DNA of 64,000 nucleotides from IMG/VR virus record IMGVR_UViG_3300005989_000005, positions 449 to 64,448 of that record; one strand, given 5' to 3'. Each line of letters begins with the position of its first letter. Position 1 is the stretch's first letter. The translations under genes were made by a program, and so were the position numbers. Positions 43,145-52,428 of this stretch are shown in pieces. The DNA comes from a virus. Taxonomy: Duplodnaviria; Caudoviricetes. Under the pieces are notes generated by a model. It was not told the DNA's origin, did no database searches, and saw only the letters and a list, made by a program, of their open reading frames with translations.

Positions 43145-44876
43145 AATAACAAGCACCTCCTTCTTTCTCGTCCACAAATGTGTCTTGCTCAACTTCTGGC
43201 TCTTGTGCCACATCTTCTACAGAAGCTGCATTCAAGATACCATAACGTTTACCAGAAGCCCGGAATGTAGTACACCCAGATGCCCCACCAAGGTAAGCTT
43301 GCATATAAACATCTTTGAACTGATCCCATGTAACGTCATCACCAACATTACAAGTTTTAGAGCAAGCGGAGTCTACGTACTTGCTTGCAACGTTAAGCAC
43401 CTTAACGTGGTCAAACACTGACAACTCATTCGCAGTCTTCCCCTTAACCCCAAAGACACGATAGCCATAATCTTCTACTCGTTCTACCCGAGGCCCTTCA
43501 AAGGTCTGAATAGTGCGGTCGTAGTAGTGACTAAACACAGGCTCGATACCAGATGACACATTATCTGCACTTAAGGAGATAGTCCCTGTAGGTGCGATAG
43601 ACAAGAGGTGGGAGTTACGGATACCGTACTTACTGATGTTGTCACGGATGTCACTTGGCAACGTGGTGGCAAAACCTGATTGTAGGTACAACTCCCGGTT
43701 CAGAAGGGGGAAAGACCCCTTTTCAACAGCGAGGGCAATAGAGGCCCGGTAACATGTGTCACGAATAACAGACATAACCTTAGCCTGCCACTCCAAGAAC
43801 TCGTCAGAACCAAAAACTAGCCCAAGTGCCTCCCCAGCATTTGCAAGCCCTGTAACACCAAGCCCCATACGTCGCTTATTCTGTGCCTCTTCTTTTTGTT
43901 TAGGGAGGGGATAGAAGGTACGGTCAATAACATTGTCCATTGCACGGACAACAGGGGCAATGTCACGGATCAGTGCATCGTAGTCAAACTCCCAAAGGTC
44001 AAACATAGGAGTTTTACGAACGTATTTAACAAGATTCCAAGAGCCTAGAAGACAAGCACCATAGGGCGGCAGTGGCTGCTCCCCACATGGGTTTGTTGCT
44101 GCAATCGTCTCACAATACCATAGATTGTTCTTTTTGTTGATGCGGTCAATAAACAGAATACCCGGCTCAGCCCAGTCCCATGTAGCACGGAGGATTTTAT
44201 CCCAAAGAGCTTTAGCACGAATGGTTTTGTGGACACGCCCGTCAAACACAAGGTCAAACATCTCGTCATTAATCACAGCTTGCATAAAAGCGTCTGTAAC
44301 TCCAACAGAGATGTTGAATTGCGTCAGGTTAGTGCTGTTCTGCTTCGCCTCTACAAACTCCTCAATATCTGGGTGATCTACACGAAGAACCCCCATCTGA
44401 GCGCCCCTACGATGACCAGCAGAAGCGATAGTCTTACAGATAGCATCGAAGATACCCATAAAGCTAATAGGCCCACTAGAGCGGCTGTCGAGGCTCCTGA
44501 TATGGTCCCCACGAGGGCGAAGGGTGGAGAAGTCGTACCCAATACCCCCACCAAGACGCATGGTCTCAGCAGCTTCATGGGCTGCATTCATAATACCGTG
44601 CATACTATCTGGGATGGTGCCAGACACAAAACAGTTATAAGCAGTCACGACTTTGGGGCTGCCCATCGCTGCTTGTACACGCCCTGCTGGGAGAAAACGT
44701 TGATTAAGCAGAATAGACTTTAGGGTCCGGTAATGGTCTTCGTCGTCCTTCAAAGCGTCTGCTACACGTACCATAGCGTCCTTGAAGCTTTCACCCTTGG
44801 AACGATACTTCATAGCATGGATTTCTTGGCTGATGCCAAGTGCAGGTCCGTAGTTAGTTTGTTCTGTCAATCTCAC
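43110..44876 (-). CDS. nrdJ: Class II (adenosylcobalamin-dependent) ribonucleotide reductase
   Basis: FLPAGRV, YNCFV, TNPCGEQPL, CLLGS.NL, IAPTGTIS, C-terminal Cys pair; no NrdB gene seen. Confidence 0.9.
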   Translation of the reverse strand: MRLTEQTNYGPALGISQEIHAMKYRSKGESFKDAMVRVADALKDDEDHYRTLKSILLNQRFLPAGRVQAAMGSPKVVTAYNCFVSGTIPDSMHGIMNAAHEAAETMRLGGGIGYDFSTLRPRGDHIRSLDSRSSGPISFMGIFDAICKTIASAGHRRGAQMGVLRVDHPDIEEFVEAKQNSTNLTQFNISVGVTDAFMQAVINDEMFDLVFDGRVHKTIRAKALWDKILRATWDWAEPGILFIDRINKKNNLWYCETIAATNPCGEQPLPPYGACLLGSWNLVKYVRKTPMFDLWEFDYDALIRDIAPVVRAMDNVIDRTFYPLPKQKEEAQNKRRMGLGVTGLANAGEALGLVFGSDEFLEWQAKVMSVIRDTCYRASIALAVEKGSFPLLNRELYLQSGFATTLPSDIRDNISKYGIRNSHLLSIAPTGTISLSADNVSSGIEPVFSHYYDRTIQTFEGPRVERVEDYGYRVFGVKGKTANELSVFDHVKVLNVASKYVDSACSKTCNVGDDVTWDQFKDVYMQAYLGGASGCTTFRASGKRYGILNAASVEDVAQEPEVEQDTFVDEKEGGACYYDSTTGLRTCE

Positions 44877-45328
44877 ACCCCAATATTATAACAGTCATAG
44901 CCCGGAACTTGTGTAGTGTCTTTGACTAAATCCTCTAGGTCTGGTGGGGCATAGTTACTTCCTTTAAGAATTTTCCCGTCCTCACGGAAGATTGGTTTAC
45001 CATCTTCTCCAAGCTTAGACAGGTTGCTCTTGTGAACACGAACAAATGCCACCTGTAGCGGCAGACCAAACGTAGCTGCCATACCAGAGAGGACGTATTG
45101 AAGGTCAGCCATCTCTTTCAACATACGCTCTTTAGTCTTACGCTTAACCTCTCCGTGGGAGGACAGGTCAGCGAGAGCAGCAGCAATCTCTTCTTTCAGT
45201 TCAGCCCATTCTTCTGCAAGGAGGGTGTAACGAAGGATAAGCTCTTTCTCGTTGATGTCTTGATCGAGGCGGTGTCCAAAAGCTCGATGGAACTCGGACA
45301 CCACATCTTCACGGCTTAGATAGGTCAT
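44873..45328 (-). CDS. MazG-like / PRA-PH-family NTP pyrophosphohydrolase
   Basis: EE..EL...KEMADLQYV..G...VH.SN.SK. Confidence 0.85.
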   Translation of the reverse strand: MTYLSREDVVSEFHRAFGHRLDQDINEKELILRYTLLAEEWAELKEEIAAALADLSSHGEVKRKTKERMLKEMADLQYVLSGMAATFGLPLQVAFVRVHKSNLSKLGEDGKPIFREDGKILKGSNYAPPDLEDLVKDTTQVPGYDCYNIGV

Positions 45329-45549
45329 TCATCACCCCCTGCTGCCAGCACCTGTCCAAGACTTTGTAGACGATAGATGGCATAGATTAGGTCACGTCGG
45401 TTTTCAAAGTTGGAGCCGACTTGAACAGTGCCGTCAGATTTTTCGATCAAGAAAATAGCACTGACCACGTCATTTTTTAGCCCGTCAATAAAATTAGAGT
45501 ATTCTTCATCATGTTCGTCTAAGCTGTTTAGCTTCACTACGTTAGTCAT
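45325..45549 (-). CDS. Hypothetical protein
   Basis: 74-aa coupled ORF. Confidence 0.6.
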   Translation of the reverse strand: MTNVVKLNSLDEHDEEYSNFIDGLKNDVVSAIFLIEKSDGTVQVGSNFENRRDLIYAIYRLQSLGQVLAAGGDE

Positions 45550-46069
45550 TAATTACCTCAAAATTAAGTTTTGCAAACTCCCCAAATAACTCTCTGGCAA
45601 GCTTGTCGTAAGCTTTAGCAGCTTCTTCTTCGTTACTAAAAGCTCCAAGTTCAAACCTGTTACCATCTTTATAGACTCTGGCCCTAGGTTTTCCGTGACG
45701 GTCTAACCAAACCCCTTTGTAACGAGAGGTATAGTTGATATTTTTCTTTGCTACATTGTAGTTATTTTGTTGCAGAGAAGCTTCCCTCAAGTTCTCTATG
45801 CGGTTGTCTAACTTGTTCCTGTTAATGTGGTCTAAGGGTGTTGTGGGCCATACCTCTTTGCACAAAAACCAAACAATATGATGTGTTGCAAGCAACACGT
45901 TATCATGACGTACTACACGGTATCCAGTGGCCCCACTTACACAACCACACTCTTGTCCGATCTTAACTCGGTTACTGTTTGCAACTTTCCAATGAAGTCT
46001 CCCTGTGACCTCGTTATAGTCTATAAACTGTTTTAACCTTTCTAAGCTTTCTGTGGGAAGGGTAAGCAT
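45542..46069 (-). CDS. HNH homing endonuclease with AP2 domain
   Basis: LDHINRNKLDNRIENLR; SRYKGVW...LGAF. Confidence 0.9.
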   Translation of the reverse strand: MLTLPTESLERLKQFIDYNEVTGRLHWKVANSNRVKIGQECGCVSGATGYRVVRHDNVLLATHHIVWFLCKEVWPTTPLDHINRNKLDNRIENLREASLQQNNYNVAKKNINYTSRYKGVWLDRHGKPRARVYKDGNRFELGAFSNEEEAAKAYDKLARELFGEFAKLNFEVIND

Positions 46070-46608
46070 TAGTCTCTTCCAAAAAATAGCGTTGCTTGAT
46101 CAACGTCTTTGTTCTTATCAAACATGGCCCAGACGAAGTTGTCTACACCAGTCATTTTACTGTCTTCAATCCACTTTACTCGTCCAATGCTCTTAACCCA
46201 AACACACTTATCCAGATAAGGGCTAAACCGTTTATTGTGAAGGAAGTCTGCTGGGAGAAGAAGGAGGGTTGGACGAAGGGAAATCCATTTATCTAGGAGT
46301 GGTTTCAACACCCCCCAAGTGAAGGGAGGGTTGGTGATAATGTATTGACAGAAAGCTAGAGACTCCTCTGTCAGATTGTTAGCATCGCCTTCTAAGACCC
46401 AATCCGTTTGAGGCTCAATGTCCAAGGCAAGGGTACAAAGAGACTCTGGGAACAGGTCTTCAATATGTGTAGCTAGACGACCATCCCCTGCACAGGGTTC
46501 ACAGAAGGTCACAGGCCCCAGCATTCCCTTGAGAGGCTCTACAGCTGCAAAGGGGGTGGGATAGAAGTCACGAGGACGTGGTTCGTATGTACTACGTTTT
46601 CCCATCAC
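46069..46608 (-). CDS. Orphan N6-adenine/N4-cytosine DNA methyltransferase
   Basis: DFYPTP, EPCAGDG (SAM binding), ITNPPF catalytic motif. Confidence 0.85.
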   Translation of the reverse strand: MMGKRSTYEPRPRDFYPTPFAAVEPLKGMLGPVTFCEPCAGDGRLATHIEDLFPESLCTLALDIEPQTDWVLEGDANNLTEESLAFCQYIITNPPFTWGVLKPLLDKWISLRPTLLLLPADFLHNKRFSPYLDKCVWVKSIGRVKWIEDSKMTGVDNFVWAMFDKNKDVDQATLFFGRD

Positions 46609-46682
46609 TCTCCCACGTATAAAACATAGGCCATAATCCCTACGAAAAGGAGGACGAAAAGGGTGTCAGGTGAAGTTAACAA
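46605..46682 (-). CDS. 25-aa membrane peptide (TTG start)
   Basis: MLTSPDTLFVLLFVGIMAYVLYVGE; G-rich SD; coupled to the MTase. Confidence 0.45.
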   Translation of the reverse strand: MLTSPDTLFVLLFVGIMAYVLYVGE

Positions 46683-46691
46683 TTTACCCCC

Positions 46692-47174
46692 CTAAAAATT
46701 TGTTCTGGCATATTCTCCAAAAATCTCCTTTGCTAACTCATCATAAGCCAACGCTGCAACTCTCTCCTCCTCGAACATACCTATGTGCAGTTTACTAGAG
46801 CCGTTCCAGATACTCGCCCTCCACTTTTTGCTTTTGTTATGCCAATGCACCCCTTTGAAACTAGAGCTGCCGTTTTTTATTGGTCCCTTATTAAGCATAT
46901 TTTGCCTGTGAGAAACATCACGTAAGTTCTCAACTCTGTTGTCTGCCTTGTCGCCATTAATGTGATCAAGCTCTTGCTCAGGCCAGCAACCATAAGTTAA
47001 AAACCAGACAACCTTGTGGTTAAAGTAAAATCTTTTATTAAGTCTAAAGAAAAGATACCCACGGCTGTGTTTAGTTCCTATTTTATCCCCAACCTTGACT
47101 GAGTTATTAACTCGGATTTTCCAAAAAAGTTCACCTGTATCAGGGTTGCACTCGACAGCGTCTTCAAGAGTCAT
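46692..47174 (-). CDS. HNH homing endonuclease with AP2 domain
   Basis: LDHINGDKADNRVENLR; SSFKGVHW...IGMF. Confidence 0.9.
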   Translation of the reverse strand: MTLEDAVECNPDTGELFWKIRVNNSVKVGDKIGTKHSRGYLFFRLNKRFYFNHKVVWFLTYGCWPEQELDHINGDKADNRVENLRDVSHRQNMLNKGPIKNGSSSFKGVHWHNKSKKWRASIWNGSSKLHIGMFEEERVAALAYDELAKEIFGEYARTNF

Positions 47175-47823
47175 CTTTAGCTACCGCAGAAAATACATTT
47201 GGAAAGACGGGGTTTAAACAACCCTTAATTTTTTCTGCCAACACCCGATGCTCTAGTTGAGTGGTTTTATCCATACGTACATCTAGGTAGGTGAGCCAGC
47301 TACGAAGGGTGCCATTGACGTAGAGCTTACTCATTGTAAGCCCCTCAGGGAGAATGACACGAGCACACTCTTTGGCTACGCCATACTCACGCATGTAAGC
47401 ATAAAAATCTCTAACCTTGATCAAAAGGTTATTTTCTCCGTACTTACACTGAGCAGTCAACACCTTATCCAAATCATCGGTACTATTCTGTCGGTTCTTC
47501 TCATCTTGACGACGAAAATCACGATCAGTGAACTCAATCTCATCACTGTATCGTTGACTAAACTCCTGAAACGAGAAGCTACGATGGCGAAGTAGTTGTC
47601 TCGTAATATCCCGTGGGGCTTGCACCTCTACAACAGCATTAGCCATCTCGAAGATAGACCAATGTTTATTACGGATGCAGTAATCAAGGAGAGAGCCTAG
47701 AGGCTTGTCTTGATGCTGTGGATTACTCACCCTAGCACAGTAAGCAACCACCCCCTCAGGGGTGGCTTCTCGTAGCTCTATGGTGGGTTGTGTTAAAGCG
47801 ATTAACCTTGCTTCACACTTCAT
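47164..47823 (-). CDS. thyX: Flavin-dependent thymidylate synthase
   Basis: HWSIFE, RHRSFSFQEFSQRY, ARVILP, NGTLRSW. Confidence 0.96.
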   Translation of the reverse strand: MKCEARLIALTQPTIELREATPEGVVAYCARVSNPQHQDKPLGSLLDYCIRNKHWSIFEMANAVVEVQAPRDITRQLLRHRSFSFQEFSQRYSDEIEFTDRDFRRQDEKNRQNSTDDLDKVLTAQCKYGENNLLIKVRDFYAYMREYGVAKECARVILPEGLTMSKLYVNGTLRSWLTYLDVRMDKTTQLEHRVLAEKIKGCLNPVFPNVFSAVAKDDS

Positions 47824-47969
47824 ACTAGCACCTGATCAACCTCTTGCTTGAGACGAAGCAGACAATCGTCTAGCAACTCTCGGTTTTCCTTTGAGGGGTC
47901 TTTCTTAGTACGGGCAACAAGCCCATTAAACTCTTGTAACACGACAGCAAGCTGTTTAAATTTCTTCAT
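47820..47969 (-). CDS. 49-aa hypothetical protein
   Basis: ATGA overlaps at both ends. Confidence 0.55.
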   Translation of the reverse strand: MKKFKQLAVVLQEFNGLVARTKKDPSKENRELLDDCLLRLKQEVDQVLV

Positions 47970-48018
47970 AGGAAGACTCCAATTATCATTATTATTATCA
48001 GGAGACTTACTAGTGTCA

Positions 48019-48789
48019 TCAATTCACTTGATTGACCACTAGGTTTTCGTCCTTTCCTCGTAGCGAATAACGGGTACGAGACCAACCACCACAGTCTTGA
48101 CATTGCAGACGATGGAACTTACCCACAGAGGTGTAAGCATAGCCACGATATTGCATGTGTTTACCGCCACACTTAGGGCACACAGGGTCTTCACTAGGCT
48201 CTGAGTACACAGCGAGGTTGGGATGGTTAGTGGACCAAGGACGAAGCTTAAGATAGAGGTCTTCGAGGGCTAGGACATCTTTGATGTTATAGTCCTTCAT
48301 TTCTGCCCAAGCCTCATCATTTCCTTTGAGGCATTCCAGCCAGAGGAGAAAGCCGGGGAACTTGGCATGGCCGTCTTTCTTGACGGAGCAATTAAGCACC
48401 CCAGTGAGGTATTCAAGCGAGTTAGAAGGAAACCCAAACTCTCGTTTAGCAATCTTGTAGGTGTCAATCACCTTAAAGGGGGCGGGTGGTTTTAATCCGT
48501 GTACTAACGCCCTTGCTCTGATTTGTTTGAAGTCGAACTCTTCGCCATTGTGAGCAACTGCGAAATCAGCTTCGTTAAGTAGCTCGCAAAGCTTTGAGAC
48601 AATACGACGGTCATTCTCTTTCCTGTTTTCTTCATAGAAGATTTCGTCCCCTCCCAGCCATTTGGCTGAGAAGGACATGATGTGTCCGTGTTGCTTAACT
48701 TGCTTAGGGGAGATGTTTTCTTTCCAGAAGCGCCACACGTAAGCAATCTTGGGAGCTGTTTCAATGTCAATAATGAGGATTTTAGGCAC
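48019..48789 (-). CDS. RNase H-like 3'-5' exonuclease with C-terminal Zn finger
   Basis: IDIET, AHNG..FD, DT, YN..DV, CPKCG...CQDCG. Confidence 0.85.
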   Translation of the reverse strand: MPKILIIDIETAPKIAYVWRFWKENISPKQVKQHGHIMSFSAKWLGGDEIFYEENRKENDRRIVSKLCELLNEADFAVAHNGEEFDFKQIRARALVHGLKPPAPFKVIDTYKIAKREFGFPSNSLEYLTGVLNCSVKKDGHAKFPGFLLWLECLKGNDEAWAEMKDYNIKDVLALEDLYLKLRPWSTNHPNLAVYSEPSEDPVCPKCGGKHMQYRGYAYTSVGKFHRLQCQDCGGWSRTRYSLRGKDENLVVNQVN

Positions 48790-49279
48790 TTACATACTCC
48801 CAGTTATAGTTTTTATAGTGTGCCCTTTCTCCTTTTAAAGCCCGACAAATCCCCGGAGCAGAGAATCCAACAGCTTTACCTTGATTTAAAGACTCTAGAA
48901 ATATAGTTTCTTTAGTATCTCTGTGAGTACCTAGGACAGCTTTAGATAGGTGATGATCTTTACCGACCCTGTCCTTAAACGCTGCTTGTCTCCCTGCGAC
49001 ATAAGAGTGTTTAATATTATAAGAACGGTCACACCACTCTAGGTTTGAGGGTGCGTTGTTAGCTCGGTTAGAGTCTTTATGGTTCACATCGCTGTAGGAT
49101 TTTGTGTTTGGTAGTAGAGCCTCCGCAATATGTCGATGAACAGCTTTCAAGACACCACTGACTACAGCGTAGTAGTACCTGTTTTTGCTGTTGTAAAAAA
49201 GTTTAGTTGGAGAAACGTCTAAATACTCTTCCAAGAGCATTTTTTGTAAAACCAAGGTCTCAGTTAAATTGTTTGTCAT
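48782..49279 (-). CDS. HNH endonuclease (HNH_3 plus NUMOD-like)
   Basis: VHRHIA...VNHKDSNRANN...NLEW...N. Confidence 0.85.
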   Translation of the reverse strand: MTNNLTETLVLQKMLLEEYLDVSPTKLFYNSKNRYYYAVVSGVLKAVHRHIAEALLPNTKSYSDVNHKDSNRANNAPSNLEWCDRSYNIKHSYVAGRQAAFKDRVGKDHHLSKAVLGTHRDTKETIFLESLNQGKAVGFSAPGICRALKGERAHYKNYNWEYVSA

Positions 49280-49550
49280 CAAGCATCCTTTGCAAAGTGT
49301 CTCGAAGAGCAGCTTTACCTGCATATTTCATCAAAAGACGTGCCCCGGTGTAAATAAATTTGCGCGCATCGTACTCTTTCGTTGTGCCATCTTTAACCCC
49401 CCACCTCCATGCAGCTTTTGTGACGTTAGACAGGTGAAAGGAGTCCCCCAACCACTGAGTTTCTCCTTTCCACTCAATTACATCATTAAGCGTTCTGGCT
49501 GTCTCTGGAAGGTCGTAGTAGGCACTAGGACCACCGTCTGACTTAATCAC
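49260..49550 (-). CDS. DUF3310-like conserved phage protein
   Basis: SDGGPSAYY...F..SN..KA..RWG.K. Confidence 0.65.
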   Translation of the reverse strand: MIKSDGGPSAYYDLPETARTLNDVIEWKGETQWLGDSFHLSNVTKAAWRWGVKDGTTKEYDARKFIYTGARLLMKYAGKAALRDTLQRMLDDKQFN

Positions 49551-49813
49551 TGAGCACTCTCGACATATGGATCATCAACAAACTGCACACCAGCAGTGAC
49601 AAGCTGAATAACATGTTTAGTTCCTTTAGTCTTAACTAGGGCAGCAACCTGTGCCATCTGTAGGCGCTCTTCTTTGGAAAAGCTGTCAGCATATTCTTCG
49701 GCAGCCAGCTTACCATGATCGTCATAGATGTTATAGAACATAACCGTACGATTGTACACTTGGAGAGGAATATGTTCTACATCGGTGAAACGATTAAACT
49801 TGAGTTTGTTCAT
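49547..49813 (-). CDS. Conserved hypothetical protein
   Basis: Start MNKLKF after AAGGAA-like SD. Confidence 0.65.
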   Translation of the reverse strand: MNKLKFNRFTDVEHIPLQVYNRTVMFYNIYDDHGKLAAEEYADSFSKEERLQMAQVAALVKTKGTKHVIQLVTAGVQFVDDPYVESAQ

Positions 49814-50237
49814 TTTGTTCTTTCTTATTATTGGAACGAATTTCTCGTTCGTTTTTGCTTTTAGCGTCGTGGCAGCTCTTACATAAAAGCTGTAGGTTTT
49901 CTTGCTCACAATAAAGATTATTGATGAAAGAGTCCCAACCAGTAAATCCTGATGCAGGGTCTACGACAGGGTTGATGTGGTCACAGAATACATTCTTGAC
50001 CCTCTTTCCTTCAATCACAATGGATGCACCCACCTCTTGTTTGCAACCATTACAGAGATAAACTCCTTTTCTTACTCGTGCATTCTTGATAGTCTCACTA
50101 ATGGGCTTCCACCACCTAGAGGCTCTACGTAGGTGTCCTTTAACGAAAGACACAAAAGCAGCCTCAGTCATAGTGCCAGAAGCCCTAGTCTTAGTTGGTT
50201 TATCTATATGTGCTCTCCACGTTAAAGTTTTCACCAA
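49794..50237 (-). CDS. HNH endonuclease (possible resolvase role)
   Basis: YLCNGC...DHINPV...NLQLLCKSCH..K; start uncertain. Confidence 0.8.
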   Translation of the reverse strand: MVKTLTWRAHIDKPTKTRASGTMTEAAFVSFVKGHLRRASRWWKPISETIKNARVRKGVYLCNGCKQEVGASIVIEGKRVKNVFCDHINPVVDPASGFTGWDSFINNLYCEQENLQLLCKSCHDAKSKNEREIRSNNKKEQNEQTQV

Positions 50238-50367
50238 TGAACTTGTAAAGCTTTAGGGCGTCTTCATCTGTCAGCAAAAGTTCAATCTTAGCGTCCTGTT
50301 GACGACCCTCGATTACAAGAATTTGCCAGCCATTTTTCTCTCTGACCCAGTCAAATGTATATCTCAT
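50200..50367 (-). CDS. 55-aa hypothetical protein
   Basis: MRYTFDWVREKNGWQIL...; ATGA overlap with the exonuclease stop. Confidence 0.5.
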   Translation of the reverse strand: MRYTFDWVREKNGWQILVIEGRQQDAKIELLLTDEDALKLYKFIGENFNVESTYR

Positions 50368-51316
50368 TCTGCCTTCGTCGTGATAGGAACACGTTTAGGT
50401 GGGGTCCACAAAACCTTTTCTCCTTTCTCATCAAGCTCTCTGACCATCCAGAGAAGCTGTGATTGCTGTTTCATTTTCTCTTTCCACCTGTCTCCCCAAG
50501 CTTGTACGTATTTCTCAGCTACAAGCTCATAACATTCACGAGAAGAGGTGGCGTCTTTAAGTAGATTGTAGGCAAAAACAGGGCCACGGTTTTTAATACC
50601 TGCTACAGCATCAACAGTGTCCCCAACGAGAAGTTGGTAGTAGAAGAACTTGTCCCCCACACCAAAGATTTTAGCAGGCTTGAGGTGTCCTTTCTTGTCT
50701 CGCTCTCCTAAGTTCTTGTGCTCTAACCAACCCAGCTCATCCACCTCAATAGGGCCTACAGAGGATTGATTAGCAATCTCCCACGAAAAGTGGAAGCCCG
50801 GACATTGACGAACGTCTTTATCACGAGAACAGATGATGGTGTCTTTCAGCCCCTGTTTCCAACGGCTGTATTGGTAGATCACCATAGCATCGTCTGCCTC
50901 TAGACCACCTTCGTCAATATGATAAGGATAAGCACTAAGAATGTAAGATAGCAGATTATGAAAGTGGAAGGGCTTAGCAGCCTTGCGACCTCCTTTATAT
51001 TCTTTAGAGTCTGTGTCGTCCTTGGTTATGGACTGGGCCACTTCGACACGAAAGTTTTCAACATAGTCTTTGGGTTTGTCACCTTCCCTCTTTCTCTGTT
51101 TGTTTAACAGCTTATTGATACGCTTGGTGTTGGTGAGGAAGAGGAGGGGAGGCTCTGTTGCCTCCACCTCATCACAGATAAACTTGATACGATTATCAAG
51201 AAGCTCTTGTGCAAACTCCCAACTGTTAGGCAAGACCTCATCGTCGATCTTTTGCTCTGAGGAAAAACCTATTTCGTAAAGGGAAGCAAGATGTCAGCAT
51301 CAATAAGCGGCTTCAT
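50364..51316 (-). CDS. 5'-3' exonuclease (T7 gp6/FEN-like), reading frame split near codon 11-13
   Basis: Strong SD then MKPLIDADILL in one frame, YEIGF...EADDAM...SRDKD...GDTVD in another. Confidence 0.85.
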
Positions 51317-51346
51317 CTCGTATCCTCCTTTCTCTGCATACGCAGG

Positions 51347-51700
51347 TTAGAGTTTAACTTTTTTAGCTTTTTCTAGGCGGTCTACAACAGAGGCTTCGTA
51401 GAAGGTGACACCAAGTTTTTGAGAGAGAGCCTCAATACGTTTTTGTTCATCTTCTTCTGCCTTCTCAAACATGCTAAGCTCCCTTTGCCCCCTAATTTGG
51501 ACCTCAACAGGTCCAGCATAGGTTTCGTAGGGCTCAATAGTAGAACGGAACTGAACAAAGACGCCTTTAAGTCCAGACTGCTCAGCCTTATCCAGCTTGT
51601 CGTACAACTCACCAAATAGTTGATGGAGGGTTGTCTTATCGTACTCAGTGTACTCGTTTAAGTAAATGTCTTCACCAAACTGAGTTTCTTTCATTACCAA
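51347..51700 (-). CDS. Hypothetical protein
   Basis: 117-aa coupled ORF. Confidence 0.6.
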   Translation of the reverse strand: MVMKETQFGEDIYLNEYTEYDKTTLHQLFGELYDKLDKAEQSGLKGVFVQFRSTIEPYETYAGPVEVQIRGQRELSMFEKAEEDEQKRIEALSQKLGVTFYEASVVDRLEKAKKVKL

Positions 51701-52413
51701 TCCTCGCCATCACCCACATCAAGCCCAGCCTTCGGCTCAGGGGCCTTAGGGGCCTTCATCTCTTTCTGGCTACCCTTGTCCACCTTAGGGGTAGATGCCC
51801 CTCCTAGGGCCTTCTCAAGGGCGCTACCGGGGTAGTCTACAGCCCCTTTGATTTTTTCTTTGATCCAGTCGGGAAAATCATTAAAGACCTCCACATCAGG
51901 GTCATAGAAATCCCACACAAGCGGGGGGTTTTTCAGTTCAGGAGCCTTAGCAGCTTCCTTAGGACGCATAGACGAAACGTTAGCCACCTTCTCGTAGATA
52001 CGGTCTACACCCGGACGCTTGTCAGCTTCCTGAACAATGGTGACTACACAAGGGGCACCAACAAGCTTGGACCAGTCACCATCAGCCGTGTCTTCGGGGT
52101 CGAGGGCGAAATAACGTTTGGTAGATTTGGCTAGATCAGCTTTGAGCGACATGAAGGGAAGCTCTTCTGACAGCCAACGAGGCTTGTCCTCAAGATCATT
52201 ACCTTCTTCATCTTTCATAAACTCGTCCAAAAACTCGTAAGTCAGACGAATTGAAAGCCGTGGAGGCTTAGCCTCGCCTTTGTACTCTCTTTGAGGTTGG
52301 ACACCAAGGCCCACAATCTGCACAAGACGTGCTGGATAGGAACCTGCATCAAGGGGGTCGGGACGTTTCTTATCCGAACCACCAGACATAGGAAGTTTCT
52401 TTGCATTCATCAT
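51694..52413 (-). CDS. Single-stranded DNA-binding protein (probable)
   Basis: G.YPARL...LG.Q; acidic aromatic C-tail GDGEDW; next to the polymerase. Confidence 0.75.
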   Translation of the reverse strand: MMNAKKLPMSGGSDKKRPDPLDAGSYPARLVQIVGLGVQPQREYKGEAKPPRLSIRLTYEFLDEFMKDEEGNDLEDKPRWLSEELPFMSLKADLAKSTKRYFALDPEDTADGDWSKLVGAPCVVTIVQEADKRPGVDRIYEKVANVSSMRPKEAAKAPELKNPPLVWDFYDPDVEVFNDFPDWIKEKIKGAVDYPGSALEKALGGASTPKVDKGSQKEMKAPKAPEPKAGLDVGDGEDW

Positions 52414-52428
52414 TATTGTTGTTTTCCT

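Noticed and set aside
41684-49324. Group I introns around HNH genes
   Set aside because: Flanking genes (phoH, nrdJ, thyX, exonuclease) are intact ORFs and the HNH genes are directly coupled with no room for intron cores.
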